Source of the DNA: an uncultured Actinomycetes bacterium
Lineage (GTDB): Bacteria > Actinomycetota > UBA4738 > JACQTL01
Direction: 5' to 3'
DNA: 64,000 nucleotides
Assembly: GCA_963707645.1 (NCBI GenBank)
Contig: CAVPQW010000006.1
Span: forward strand, 90,819-154,818
The notes under the pieces were generated by a model. The model was not told where the DNA came from, did not search any database, and was given only the letters and a program-made list of their open reading frames with translations. Shown here in pieces: positions 39,755 through 49,286 of the stretch (within the stretch, counting starts at the first letter, position 1; each line of letters opens with the position of its first letter). The translations under genes and the position numbers were made by a program.

Positions 39755-41278
39755 ATGCGCAGACGCGCTCCCGGAGCGTCGCTGCTCCTCCTCCTGTCAA
39801 TGCTCGCCACCGCCTCCTCGTTCCCGGCCACCGCCGCCGTTCCGGCCACGGCCGTCCATGCCGGGCCCGCCATGGGAGTCCACGCCGTCCGTGCGGCGGC
39901 GAAGGGCGGACCGGGCACCTGGACCAAGATCGCCAAGGTCGACACCGGGTTCGACTACCCGGGACTGTTCCGGACCACCGACGGCAAGCTCCACGTGCTC
40001 TGGCGCAAGCAGCTCGCAGAACAACAACTACGCGTACGGCTACACGACCGTCGCCCTGAACGGCGCGACCGCCAACACCGGGACGGCACTAAACGACTGG
40101 GAAACGCTCGAGCTCGACCCCGTGCTCGTCCACAACGGCAACGGGATGCGCGCGCTGTTCGAGGGCGGCATCGACACGAGCGGCGGGTTCTTCTCGAGGG
40201 GCTCGGTCTACACGCTGACCAGCTCGATGGCCGGGACGGCATGGCAGCTCCCGCAAAAGTCGGTGATGCAGCACGCCGACGCCTGAACGGCACCTTCACC
40301 GGGGACGGCCGAGCAGGACGACACGCCGGTGGCCGTCGCCCCGTTGAACGCCACGCTGTACTTCCACGAGGGCCTCGACAACTCGGCGCCGGCGGCCGCG
40401 CGCGGACAAGACGGTCTCGCTCTCCTCGGGGGACTACTTCAACCACGTCCGCGACGACGGCGAGCGACGACTCGGTCTGGGTCGCGTACTTCCGTGCGTT
40501 CTCCAACCCGCAGTCACTGGACGGGTACTACGTCCAGCAGGTCCTGCCCACCAAGGGCCAGCCGATGAAGGCGCCCGCGTCCCACGTCAACAACATCGAC
40601 AACGAACCGCGCCAGGCCGTGGCGATCGCCGCCCGCAACCAGGGCGGGGTGTACCTGGCCTACTGCGCCCCCTCGCAGACGAAGACCTGCGCCCACGTGG
40701 ACCTGTGGAAGGTCGGGAGCGTCGTCGCCGATGGTGGTCCCGGGGACGAGCAGCGGCACCATCACGCGCGTCGCGCTCGCCGACGGGCTCGCGGGCCGGA
40801 TCTCGGTCGTGACCATGGATCCGACCAAGGGGACGATCAACGCCGTCCGAACGAACACCAACGCGTCCGCGTTCGGCCCGGTCCGCACGATCAAGCTGCC
40901 CCCGGGGCAGATCCAGTTCAACACGCTGGAGGCCGAGGGGACGTTCGGCCGGCTGGACATCGTTGCGAACCTCACGTCGACGAACAGCCCGTTCCCGATC
41001 TTCCTGTGGCACACGCAGATCCTGGCCGGCCTCACGCTGACGGCGAACCCGACGAAGTTCAGCCACGTCGGCTCGCACACGGTCACGTTCACCGTGAAGG
41101 ACGCCGGCCAGCCCGTGCAGGGCGCCAAGGTGTCGTGCATCGGCAAGACCGGCACGACGAACTCGAGCGGGCAGGTCACAGCTCACCTACCCGAACGGCA
41201 CCGCCAAGGGCAAGCACGTCTGCTCGGCGAACGACACGCGACTACAACCCGGGCAAGGCCACGGTCACGGTCACCTGA
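39755..41278 (+). pseudogene. secreted protein of unknown function with C-terminal Ig-like domain, fragmented by about 8 frameshifts
   Basis: SD AAGGGAGA plus ATG 39755, and signal peptide MRRRAPGASLLLLLSMLATASSFPATA. Sensible peptide segments alternate between frames: ...GKLHVLWRKQ / NNNYAYGYTTVALNGATANTG...QKSVMQHAD / LNGTFTGDG / EQDDTPVAVAPLNATLYFHEG / DKTVSLSSGDYFNHVRDDG / SDDSVWVAYFRAFSNPQSLDGYYVQQ...VDLWKVGS / VVPGTSSGTITRVALADG...TVKDAGQPVQGAKVSCIGKTGTTNSSGQV / QLTYPNGTAKGKHVCSANDT / DYNPGKATVTVT*. Confidence 0.6.
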
Positions 41279-41436
41279 GCCGGAGCCCGGCGGGCTCGCG
41301 TTGGTGGGGGCTCCTGACCAGCGGGTACAATGAGCCCGCTTCCGGAGCGCGGCCCTTGTGCGGCCACGCTCCTTTTCGTGAGGCGCCCCGGCGAGATCGG
41401 GCGACGCCCCGATTGCGCGAGAGAGGGAACACACAC

Positions 41437-42840
41437 ATGCCACAAGGACCTCGGGTCGCGGTGATCGGCCTCGACTGCGGCACGCCGCAGCTGCTGTTCC
41501 GCGACCTGGCCGACGAGATCCCGAACATCCGCAAGCTCATGGACAACGGGCTGCACGGCGACCTGGCGTCGATCACGCCGCCGATCACGGTCCCGGCCTG
41601 GGCCTGCGCCATGAGCGGCAAGACGCCGGGGCAGCTCGGGATCTACGGCTTCCGGAACCGCAAGGACACCACGTACGACGGCCTGTCGATCGCCACGTCC
41701 GACAAGGTCACCGAGCCCCAGGTGTGGGACGAGCTCGGCAAGCGCGGCATGAAGTCGCTGCTCATCGGTGTGCCGCCCGGCTTCCCGCCGAAGCCGATTG
41801 AGGGCTGGCGGGTCTCGTGCTTCCTGACCCCGCCCTCCGCGACTTCGTACGCGGCGCCGGCCGACCTCCAGACCGAGATCGAGGAGGAGCTCGGCGGGCC
41901 CGGGCAGTACATCTTCGACATCCCGAACTTCCGCGAGCAGGGCTACGAGTTCGTGCTCGACCAGCTGTTCAAGATGACCGAGCGGCGGTTCAAGGTCGCG
42001 CGCCGCCTCGTCAAGAACAAGGCGTGGGACTACTTCATGTTCGTGGAGATCGGCGTCGACCGGCTCCACCACGTGTTCTGGCAGTACTACGACTCGACGC
42101 ACCCCAAGTACGAGCCGGGGAACCAGTTCGAGACGGCGTTCCAGGACTACTACCGGATGCTCGACCGGGAGGTCGGGTCGCTGCTCGAGCTGCTGCCCGA
42201 CGACGTCATCACGATCCTGATGTCCGACCACGGCGCGCGGCCGATGATCGGCGGGGTCTGCTTCAACGACTGGCTGATCCGCGAGGGCTACCTCGCGTTG
42301 AGCGAGCCGGTCACCGAGCAGACACCGATCGCCAAGGCCCCGATCGACTGGTCGAAGACCGTGGCGTGGGGCGACGGCGGCTACTACGGGCGGCTGTTCC
42401 TCAACGTTCGCGGGCGGGAGCCGCAGGGCATCGTCGAGCCGGCGGACTACGAGAAGACGCGCGACGAGATGATCGAGCGCCTCGAGGCCATGACCGGCCC
42501 CGACGGCGAGCTCCTGGGCACGAAGGTCATCAAGCCCCAGGACGCGTACACCGAGGTCAAGGGCGTCGCGCCCGACCTCATCGTGTACTTCGGCGACCTG
42601 GCATGGCGGTCCGTGGGGGCCGTCGCGGCCAACCAGGTCGGCGGCGTGTTCACCTACGAGAACGACACCGGCCCCGACGGCGCGAACCACGACCGCACCG
42701 GCGTGTTCGTCATGAACGGGCTTCCCGGCCAGCGCACGGGTTTCGTCGAGGGGCTCAACCTCGTCGACGTCGGGCCCACGATTCTGTCCCTGTACGACAT
42801 CGAGGCGCCGGCCGGCGCCGTCGGAAGGAGCTTCCTGTGA
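41437..42840 (+). CDS. alkaline-phosphatase-superfamily enzyme (type I phosphodiesterase / nucleotide pyrophosphatase-like)
   Basis: [11 protein letters not shown] (metal-site Asp), [21 protein letters not shown] (nucleophile region), and MSDHG near the C-terminal third. I prefer ATG 41437, preceded by GAGAGGGA. Confidence 0.8.
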   Translation: MPQGPRVAVIGLDCGTPQLLFRDLADEIPNIRKLMDNGLHGDLASITPPITVPAWACAMSGKTPGQLGIYGFRNRKDTTYDGLSIATSDKVTEPQVWDELGKRGMKSLLIGVPPGFPPKPIEGWRVSCFLTPPSATSYAAPADLQTEIEEELGGPGQYIFDIPNFREQGYEFVLDQLFKMTERRFKVARRLVKNKAWDYFMFVEIGVDRLHHVFWQYYDSTHPKYEPGNQFETAFQDYYRMLDREVGSLLELLPDDVITILMSDHGARPMIGGVCFNDWLIREGYLALSEPVTEQTPIAKAPIDWSKTVAWGDGGYYGRLFLNVRGREPQGIVEPADYEKTRDEMIERLEAMTGPDGELLGTKVIKPQDAYTEVKGVAPDLIVYFGDLAWRSVGAVAANQVGGVFTYENDTGPDGANHDRTGVFVMNGLPGQRTGFVEGLNLVDVGPTILSLYDIEAPAGAVGRSFL

Positions 42841-43472
42841 CCCACCACCCCGACCAGAAGGGCTTCACGATCTGGTTCACCGGGCTGTCCGGTGCCGGAA
42901 AGTCGACCCTGGCCGAGATGCTGTTCCACGAGTTCAAGGCGCGCGGCCTCAAGACGGAGATGCTGGACGGCGACGTCGTCCGGACCAACCTGTCGAAGGG
43001 CCTCGGGTTCTCCAAGGAGGACCGCGACACGAACATCCGCCGCATCGGGTTCGTCGCCAACCTGCTGACGCGCAACGGCGTCGCCACCATCACGTGCGCC
43101 ATCTCGCCGTACGCGGAGATCCGCAGGGAGAACCGCGCGCTGATCGGGGACTTCGTCGAGGTCTACGTGTACGCGACGGTCGAGGAGATCGCCGCCCACC
43201 GCGACCCCAAGGGCCTCTACAAGAAGGCCCTGGCGGGGGAGATCACGGGCTTCACGGGCGTGGACGACCCCTACGAGGCGCCGGAGCACGCCGAGATCAC
43301 GGTGAACACGCTCCTGCAGGAACCCGTCGAGTCGCTCCAGCAGATCCTCGACCAGCTCCGCGACATGGGCCACGTCGACGACAGCACGATCATGCACGTG
43401 GGCGACCGACAGCACAGCGGCATGACCGACCTCCGGCTGACGGAGTCGGGAACCGTCGCCGAGGGCAAGTAA
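42837..43472 (+). CDS. cysC: adenylylsulfate (APS) kinase
   Basis: [50 protein letters not shown]. The GTG at 42837 overlaps the upstream stop (GTGA). Confidence 0.92.
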   Translation: MTHHPDQKGFTIWFTGLSGAGKSTLAEMLFHEFKARGLKTEMLDGDVVRTNLSKGLGFSKEDRDTNIRRIGFVANLLTRNGVATITCAISPYAEIRRENRALIGDFVEVYVYATVEEIAAHRDPKGLYKKALAGEITGFTGVDDPYEAPEHAEITVNTLLQEPVESLQQILDQLRDMGHVDDSTIMHVGDRQHSGMTDLRLTESGTVAEGK

Positions 43473-43553
43473 CTCGCCGGAAAACCGGCCGGATGCCGAG
43501 GCCCGGAGCAATCGCTCGGGGCCTCGCGTCCGTCGCTGAACCGACGAGGGCGC

Positions 43554-44349
43554 TCAGGCCGCCTCGGCGGCGGCGCGGCGGATGGTCACGTCGCCGCTCA
43601 CCGTCTTCGCGCGCAGCTCGACGTCGGGCTCGCCGTCGGCGGGGGGCGCAGAGCCGATGTCGAGGTCGGAGCGCATTTCGCCCGCTGACCGAATGCAGGT
43701 CGAGATAGGTTCGCGCCCCGGCCCGCACGCCGAGGTCGACGTCCCCCGACACCGAGGTCACTCGCACCGTGCCGCGGGCCACCGAGCCCACTCGCACGTC
43801 ACCCGAGACCGTTCGAACCGTGAGGTCCGACTCCGCGGCGTCCATCACCAGCATGCCGGAGACCACGTGGATCGTGGCGCGGCGGTGGGCCGTTCCCACG
43901 GTCACGGATCCCGACGCCAGGTCGATGTCGAGCTCGTGCAGGGCGTTCGACAGCGAAACGTCGCCGCTGCCGGACTTCAGGCTCACCGGACCCCGGAGAT
44001 CGCCGAGCTCGATGTCGCCCGAGCCCGATCGGTACTTGCAGGACCCGAACGTCCCCTCGGCGCGGACGTCGGCGGCCCCGGTCGAGATGTCGAGGTTCGT
44101 TCCCTCGTGGGTCCTAATCACGACCCGATACCGGGCGTCCCGGAACCGCTTGCGGCCGACCTTGACCTCGAGCATCCGGCCGTCGTCGCCGAGCCGGCAC
44201 TCGACCTCGGAGGCGTCGAGCGCGCGGTCGGTGCGCTCGACCTCAAGCGTGGTCTCGGTCGCCCCGGGATCGGCCTCGATCGCGAGGCTCCCGGCGGGAA
44301 CCGACACCGACAGGTCGAGCGATTCCTTTGTCTGGAATGACTGGTTCAT
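43554..44349 (-). pseudogene. DUF4097-family (putative adhesin-like beta-helix) protein, one frameshift near the 3' end
   Basis: Repeated SGSGD(I/V) and VSGDV motifs. After ...TYLDLHSVSG the expected tail EMRSDLDIGSAPPADGEPDVELRAKTVSGDVTIRRAAAEAA* is in the -1 frame. An extra G/C at 43681..43683 explains it. SD GAGAGGAG lies upstream of ATG 44349. Confidence 0.8.
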
Positions 44350-44364
44350 CGAAATGGCTCCTCT

Positions 44365-44823
44365 CTAGCTCGTGGCGTAGCCGGTCAGTCGGCGACCGGA
44401 ACGCCGGGGCGGTGGTGCGGAAGTGGACCGCGTGAGCTCACGCACGATCCAGGTGTTGGCCGAGACGTGGTCGCGCGTCGCGGCACGTTCGATCGACTCC
44501 TTGAGGGCGGAAGGGAGGCGGAGCGTGATGCGGGCGTTCAAGCCCTCTTCGGCGGGATCTGTCGCGGGCGCCGTGCCGGGTTCGTCGTCCACGAACACGA
44601 ACGACGGCTCTTGGCCGGCCAGGCGGACCTCCACCCGACCGGAGGGGAGCTGTGCCGAGACCTCGACCGCGCCCTCGCCGAGCAGATCGAGCAGCCGCAG
44701 GGACGCGGGGCCGCGCAGCGCGCCGGCCAGCCGGCCACCCGCCTCGGCCACCGGCCCGTCGCCGAGGGAGGCCAGGGACGTGAGGTCCGAGAGCAGGCCA
44801 TCCAGGTAGGCGGTGGTGTTCAT
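44365..44823 (-). CDS. ribbon-helix-helix (Arc/MetJ/HicB-like) domain protein
   Basis: C-terminal RHH signature ARITLRLPSALKESIERAATRDHVSANTWIVREL. It sits 15 nt upstream of the DUF4097 gene. Confidence 0.75.
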   Translation of the reverse strand: MNTTAYLDGLLSDLTSLASLGDGPVAEAGGRLAGALRGPASLRLLDLLGEGAVEVSAQLPSGRVEVRLAGQEPSFVFVDDEPGTAPATDPAEEGLNARITLRLPSALKESIERAATRDHVSANTWIVRELTRSTSAPPPRRSGRRLTGYATS

Positions 44824-44865
44824 GCAGTCGTCCTTTCGTCATCGACTGGTCTCATGGACTGCATG

Positions 44866-44886
44866 ATGACATCAGATTGATGTCAT
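44866..44886. promoter_or_regulatory. AT-rich perfect palindrome ATGACATCA-GAT-TGATGTCAT, a candidate operator upstream of the RHH gene
   Basis: A 9-bp perfect inverted repeat with a 3-bp spacer, 43 nt upstream of the RHH start, in an otherwise GC-rich region. Confidence 0.5.
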
Positions 44887-44950
44887 GTCAACCCGGGCTT
44901 CCCACAGGCTCTTCGGAGGAGAGTCGTCCTGACGGACCCCGCGCGAGACG

Positions 44951-46250
44951 TCAGGGACAGGGCCGCGGTGACAGGATCAGCGGGGGACGTGGGGCGCGGT
45001 CGAAGTTGAACGCCGCCAGCAGATCCGCCGCATTCGCATCCCGGTCCCCGAGCGGCCGCAGGCGCCACAGTCGTTCGATCAGGCGCAGGACGGACGAGAA
45101 CTCATAGGTCGTGTGATCGATGAACCCGCGCCGGGCCCAAGGGGAGATCAGGAGGGCGGGCACCCTGGGTCCCAGCCCGTAGAGGTCGTCGTGTGGCGGC
45201 GCCACATGGTCGTAGAAGCCGCCGAAGTCGTCCCAGACGACGACCACGGCCGTGCTGTCCCAGTCCGGGCTCTCCATGATCCCGTTGAAGAGGCGCACGG
45301 TCCAGTTCTCCCCATCGCACACGCTGTAGGGGGGATGCTCGGACTGGGGGATCGGCGGGACCACCCACGAAACCGCGGGAAGGCGACCGGCCGAGACGTC
45401 GGGGAGGAACGAGGAACCGGGCACGACGTTCCTCCATTTCGGCCCGTACCGGACGTGGCGGATCAGTCGGAGCGGCTGAGCCCACACCCCCGCCCCCGAG
45501 TAGTACCGCCATGAGATCCCGCGGGCCGCGAGACGGTCGGGGAGGACGGGGATGTCCGTGCATGCCCGCCGCGTCGTCCAGTACCGGCGGAGCGCGCCCA
45601 AGCGAGCCGCTTCCTCGAGCTCGAACGCCCGGGCGATCCCCTCCGGTCCGAGGAGCTTGAACGAAACGGCGCGTTCCCGGGGGTCGTCGCAGAATTCCAC
45701 GGGAGCCGGGTATGGATCGGTGGGTCCGAGGAAACGATCGGACTGGCCCGCGACGGCCCACAGATGCTCGATCATCGTGTGGCCGTACACCGAGCTGAAG
45801 AAGCGGTCGGCCAGGGTGAACCGCTCCGCGTAGCGCCAGTAGTTCGGGATCTGCCACCGCCGGTACTGCACGTAGGACTTCAGGTCTTGTCCGTCCCACA
45901 GCGCGTCGAAGCAGTTCATCTTGCCGCCGTTCACGACCCGAACGCCTGCGGCGAAGTCGTGTGCCGGGCCCTCCTGCCGGTCGCTCGCCTGCCGGAGGTG
46001 GACCCACGCGCCGTTGCACCGGCGTCCGCGCGTGGCCCGTCAGCACCCGGGAACAGCCCGAAATACGTGTCGAACGTTCGGTTCTCCTTGATCAGGAACA
46101 CGATGTGTTTCAGGTGCCGCCGGGCCTGTTCGATCGGCGCGGGCCCCGTGCCCGCCGACGCGACGCGAGACCGTTGCGGAGCACAACGAGGAACGCGGCG
46201 AGAAGAACCGCCGTCGCGATCGTCGTGCGCCGGGCACCAACGTTCGGCAT
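44951..46250 (-). pseudogene. phosphoesterase-family protein (PLC/AcpA-type, PF04185-like), at least 2 frameshifts in the 5' part
   Basis: Signal anchor MPNVGARRTTIATAVLLAAFLVVL (ATG 46250). Then, in another frame, ...[35 protein letters not shown]. Then, in the frame of ORF 44951..45934, [14 protein letters not shown]...[19 protein letters not shown]... through to the stop at 44951. The junctions are at about 46150..46170 and at CCC 46036..46038. Confidence 0.75.
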
Positions 46251-46467
46251 CTTCGCCGCGATGCTAGGCGGGCATCAGCCGGCCGATCAAGGGGGCCGAA
46301 CGAGCCCGGCTCCGGGCGGGCACGAGGGGCGCGAACAGGGATCCTCGACCGACACACACCGGTCCGGTAGCATTCCGACATGGAACACTCGAACGCCTGC
46401 CCTTCCCCGGGCGGGCGTTTCGCGTATCCGGCCCGTGGACCCTGGGAAGACGCTGTAGGAGGCTCGC

Positions 46468-47627
46468 GTGGAATTCGAGATCGGCATGGGGAAGACCGCC
46501 CGCAAGGCGTACGGGTTCGACGAGGTGGCCATCGTCCCCTCGCGCCGGACGCGCGACCCCGACGACGTCGACATCTCCTGGGAGATCGACGCATACACGT
46601 TCGGACTGCCGATGCTGGCCTCCGCCATGGACGGCGTCGTCTCGCCCGCCACCGCCGTCGAGATCGGCCGCGTCGGCGGCGCGGGCGTGCTCAACCTCGA
46701 GGGCCTCCAGACCCGGTACGAGGACCCGGACCCGGTGTTCGACGAGATCGCGGCCCTGCCCGACGAGAAGGCCACCCGCCGCATGCAGGAGCTGTACGCC
46801 GAGCCGATCAAGGACGAGCTCATCGTCAAGCGGATCCGCGAGGTCAAGGAGGGCGGCGTCGTCGCCGCGGCCTCGCTCACGCCCCAGCGGGTCCGGCAGT
46901 ACCAGCACCTGGTCCTCGAGGCCGAGCTCGACGTCCTGGTCATCCAGGGCACGGTGGTCTCGGCGGAACACGTCTCCACGAGGTCCGAGCCGCTCAACCT
47001 CAAGGAGTTCATCGCGTCGTTCGACCTGCCGGTGATCGTGGGCGGGGTCGCGTCGTACTCGACGGCCCTCCACCTCATGCGAACCGGCGCCGTCGGCGTC
47101 CTGGTCGGCGTGGGTCCCGGCGCCGCGTGCACGACGCGCGGGCGTGATCGGCGTCGGGGTTCCCCAGGCGACCGCGATCGCCGACGCGGCGGGGGCGCGC
47201 ATGACCCACCTCCACGAGACCGGCCGGTACTGCCACGTCATCGCCGACGGCGGCATGCGGACCGGTGGCGACATCGCCAAGGCCATCGCGTGCGGGGCCG
47301 ACGCCGTGATGATCGGCTCGCCGCTCACCCGCGCGTACGAGGCGCCCGGGCCGCGGCTATCACTGGGGGATGGCCACGTTCCACCCGACACTCCCTCGCG
47401 GGGCGCGCGTGAAGACCCGCCAGGTGGCATCGCTCGAGGAGATCCTGGTCGGCCCGGCGCACGAGAACGACGGCACGCTGAACCTGTTCGGCGCGCTGAA
47501 GATGTCGATGGCGACGACCGGCTACGCGAACATCCGCGAGTTCCAGAAGGCGGAGCTCGTGATCGCGCCGTCGATCAAGTCCGAGGGCAAGGCCTACCAG
47601 AAGTCCCAGGGCGTGGGGATGGCCTAG
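46468..47627 (+). pseudogene. guaB3: GuaB3-type IMP-dehydrogenase-family protein, two frameshifts
   Basis: SD AGGAGG plus GTG 46468. MEFEIGMGKTARKAYGFDEVAIVPSRRTRDP...[10 protein letters not shown] / [16 protein letters not shown]...[29 protein letters not shown]...EAPG / [20 protein letters not shown]...KSEGKAYQ. The junctions are at GGG 47140..47142 and CCCGGG 47345..47350. Deleting one G at each restores the conserved reading. Confidence 0.85.
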
Positions 47628-47636
47628 AGGCGATCG

Positions 47637-49226
47637 ATGACGCCCGCCGCCGAGATGTCGCAGCCCGAGGAGCCGCTCACCACCGTGGCCCGCGACCCGC
47701 GGCCGGTGCTGGTGCTCGACTTCGGCGCGCAGTACGCGCAGCTCATCGCGCGACGCATCCGCGAGGCGCACGTCTACTCCGAGATCGTGCCGTTCGACGC
47801 GACGGTCGAGGAGCTGAAGCGAAGCGTCCGGCCGGGCTCGTGCTCTCCGGCGGGCCCGGCCAGCGTCTATGAGCCTGGCGCGCCCTCGATCGACCCGGCG
47901 GTGTTCGGCATCGGGGTTCCCGTGCTCGGCATCTGCTACGGCCAGCAGGTGATGGCCCGCGCGCTCGGCGGCCGGGTCGAACCGACCGGCGTCCGCGAGT
48001 ACGGCCGCACCGAGCTCCACGTGACGCAGGCCGGGGTCCTCCTCGCCGACCTCCCCGAGCACGAGACCGTGTGGATGAGCCACGGCGACGCGGTGGAACG
48101 CGAGCCCGAGGGGTTCCGGGTCACGGCGCGGACCGACGCCATCCCGGTCGCGGCGATGGAGGACCCCGAGCGCGGCCTGTACGCGGTCCAGTTCCATCCG
48201 GAGGTCGCCCACACGCCGCGCGGCCAGGACGTCATGAAGCGGTTCCTGTACGACGGGTGCGGCCTGCTGCCCGACTGGACGCCGGCGAACGTCATCGAAC
48301 GGAGCGTCGAGCGGATCCGGGAACAGGTCGGCTCCGGGACCGCGATCTGCGCCCTGAGCGGCGGCGTCGACTCCGCCGTGGCCGCGCTGCTCGTGTACAA
48401 GGCCATCGGCGACCGCCTGACCTGCGTGTTCGTCGACACGGGGCTGCTCCGCGAGGGAGAGCCCGAGCAGGTCGAGGACACGTTCGCCCGGCACTTCCAC
48501 GTCCCGCTCGTGCACGTCAAGGCGGCCGACCGGTTCCTGGCGAAGCTCGCCGGCGAGAGCGATCCCGAGGGCAAGCGGAAGATCATCGGGGAGGAGTTCA
48601 TCCGGGTGTTCGAGGAGGTCGCACGTGAGCACCGGGGCGCGAAGTTCCTCGTGCAGGGAACGCTGTACCCCGACGTCATCGAGAGCGGTTCCCGCACGGC
48701 CGCCAAGATCAAGAGCCACCACAACGTGGGCGGCCTGCCCGAGGACATGGACTTCGAGCTGGTGGAACCGCTGCGCGACCTGTTCAAGGACGAGGTGCGG
48801 CAGGTCGGGGCCGAGCTCGGCCTCCCCGAGGAGATCACGCAGCGCCAGCCCTTCCCGGGGCCGGGGCTCGCCGTGCGGGTGGTCGGCGACATCACCGCCG
48901 AGCGCCTCGCGCTGGTTCGCGCGGCCGACCACATCCTGCGCGAGGAGATCCGGCGGGCCGGGCTCGATCGCGAGCTCTGGCAGTGGTACGCGGCGCTCCT
49001 GGCCGGGGTTCGTTCCGTCGGCGTCATGGGCGACGGCCGGACGTATCAGCACCCCGTCGTGATCCGGGCCGTCACGAGCGAGGACGCCATGACGGCGGAC
49101 TGGGCCCGGCTGCCGTACGACGTGCTCGACCGCATCGCGAGTCGCATCGTGGCCGAGGTCCCCGGCGTGAACCGCGTCGTCTACGACGTCAGCAGCAAGC
49201 CGCCGGCGACGATCGAGTGGGAGTAG
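47637..49226 (+). CDS. guaA: GMP synthase (glutamine-hydrolysing)
   Basis: GATase (GICYGQQ, HPEV), ATP-PPase SGGVDS, and C-terminal ...KPPATIEWE. It contains a locally out-of-frame stretch at 47820..47858 (see findings). Confidence 0.93.
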   Translation: MTPAAEMSQPEEPLTTVARDPRPVLVLDFGAQYAQLIARRIREAHVYSEIVPFDATVEELKRSVRPGSCSPAGPASVYEPGAPSIDPAVFGIGVPVLGICYGQQVMARALGGRVEPTGVREYGRTELHVTQAGVLLADLPEHETVWMSHGDAVEREPEGFRVTARTDAIPVAAMEDPERGLYAVQFHPEVAHTPRGQDVMKRFLYDGCGLLPDWTPANVIERSVERIREQVGSGTAICALSGGVDSAVAALLVYKAIGDRLTCVFVDTGLLREGEPEQVEDTFARHFHVPLVHVKAADRFLAKLAGESDPEGKRKIIGEEFIRVFEEVAREHRGAKFLVQGTLYPDVIESGSRTAAKIKSHHNVGGLPEDMDFELVEPLRDLFKDEVRQVGAELGLPEEITQRQPFPGPGLAVRVVGDITAERLALVRAADHILREEIRRAGLDRELWQWYAALLAGVRSVGVMGDGRTYQHPVVIRAVTSEDAMTADWARLPYDVLDRIASRIVAEVPGVNRVVYDVSSKPPATIEWE

Positions 49227-49286
49227 CCGCAGGCGGCGCCGTCGCCGGCGGCGTCCCACGCACGGGCGTCCGGGTCGCGGGTGGAG

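Noticed and set aside
46392-46419. An 11-bp GC-rich hairpin (AACGCCTGCCC-TTCCCC-GGGCGGGCGTT) in the divergent intergenic region upstream of guaB3, considered as a possible attenuator or riboswitch element.
   Set aside because: There is no U-tract and no alternative anti-terminator pairing or conserved riboswitch core that I can recognise. It could be a chance GC-rich stem.
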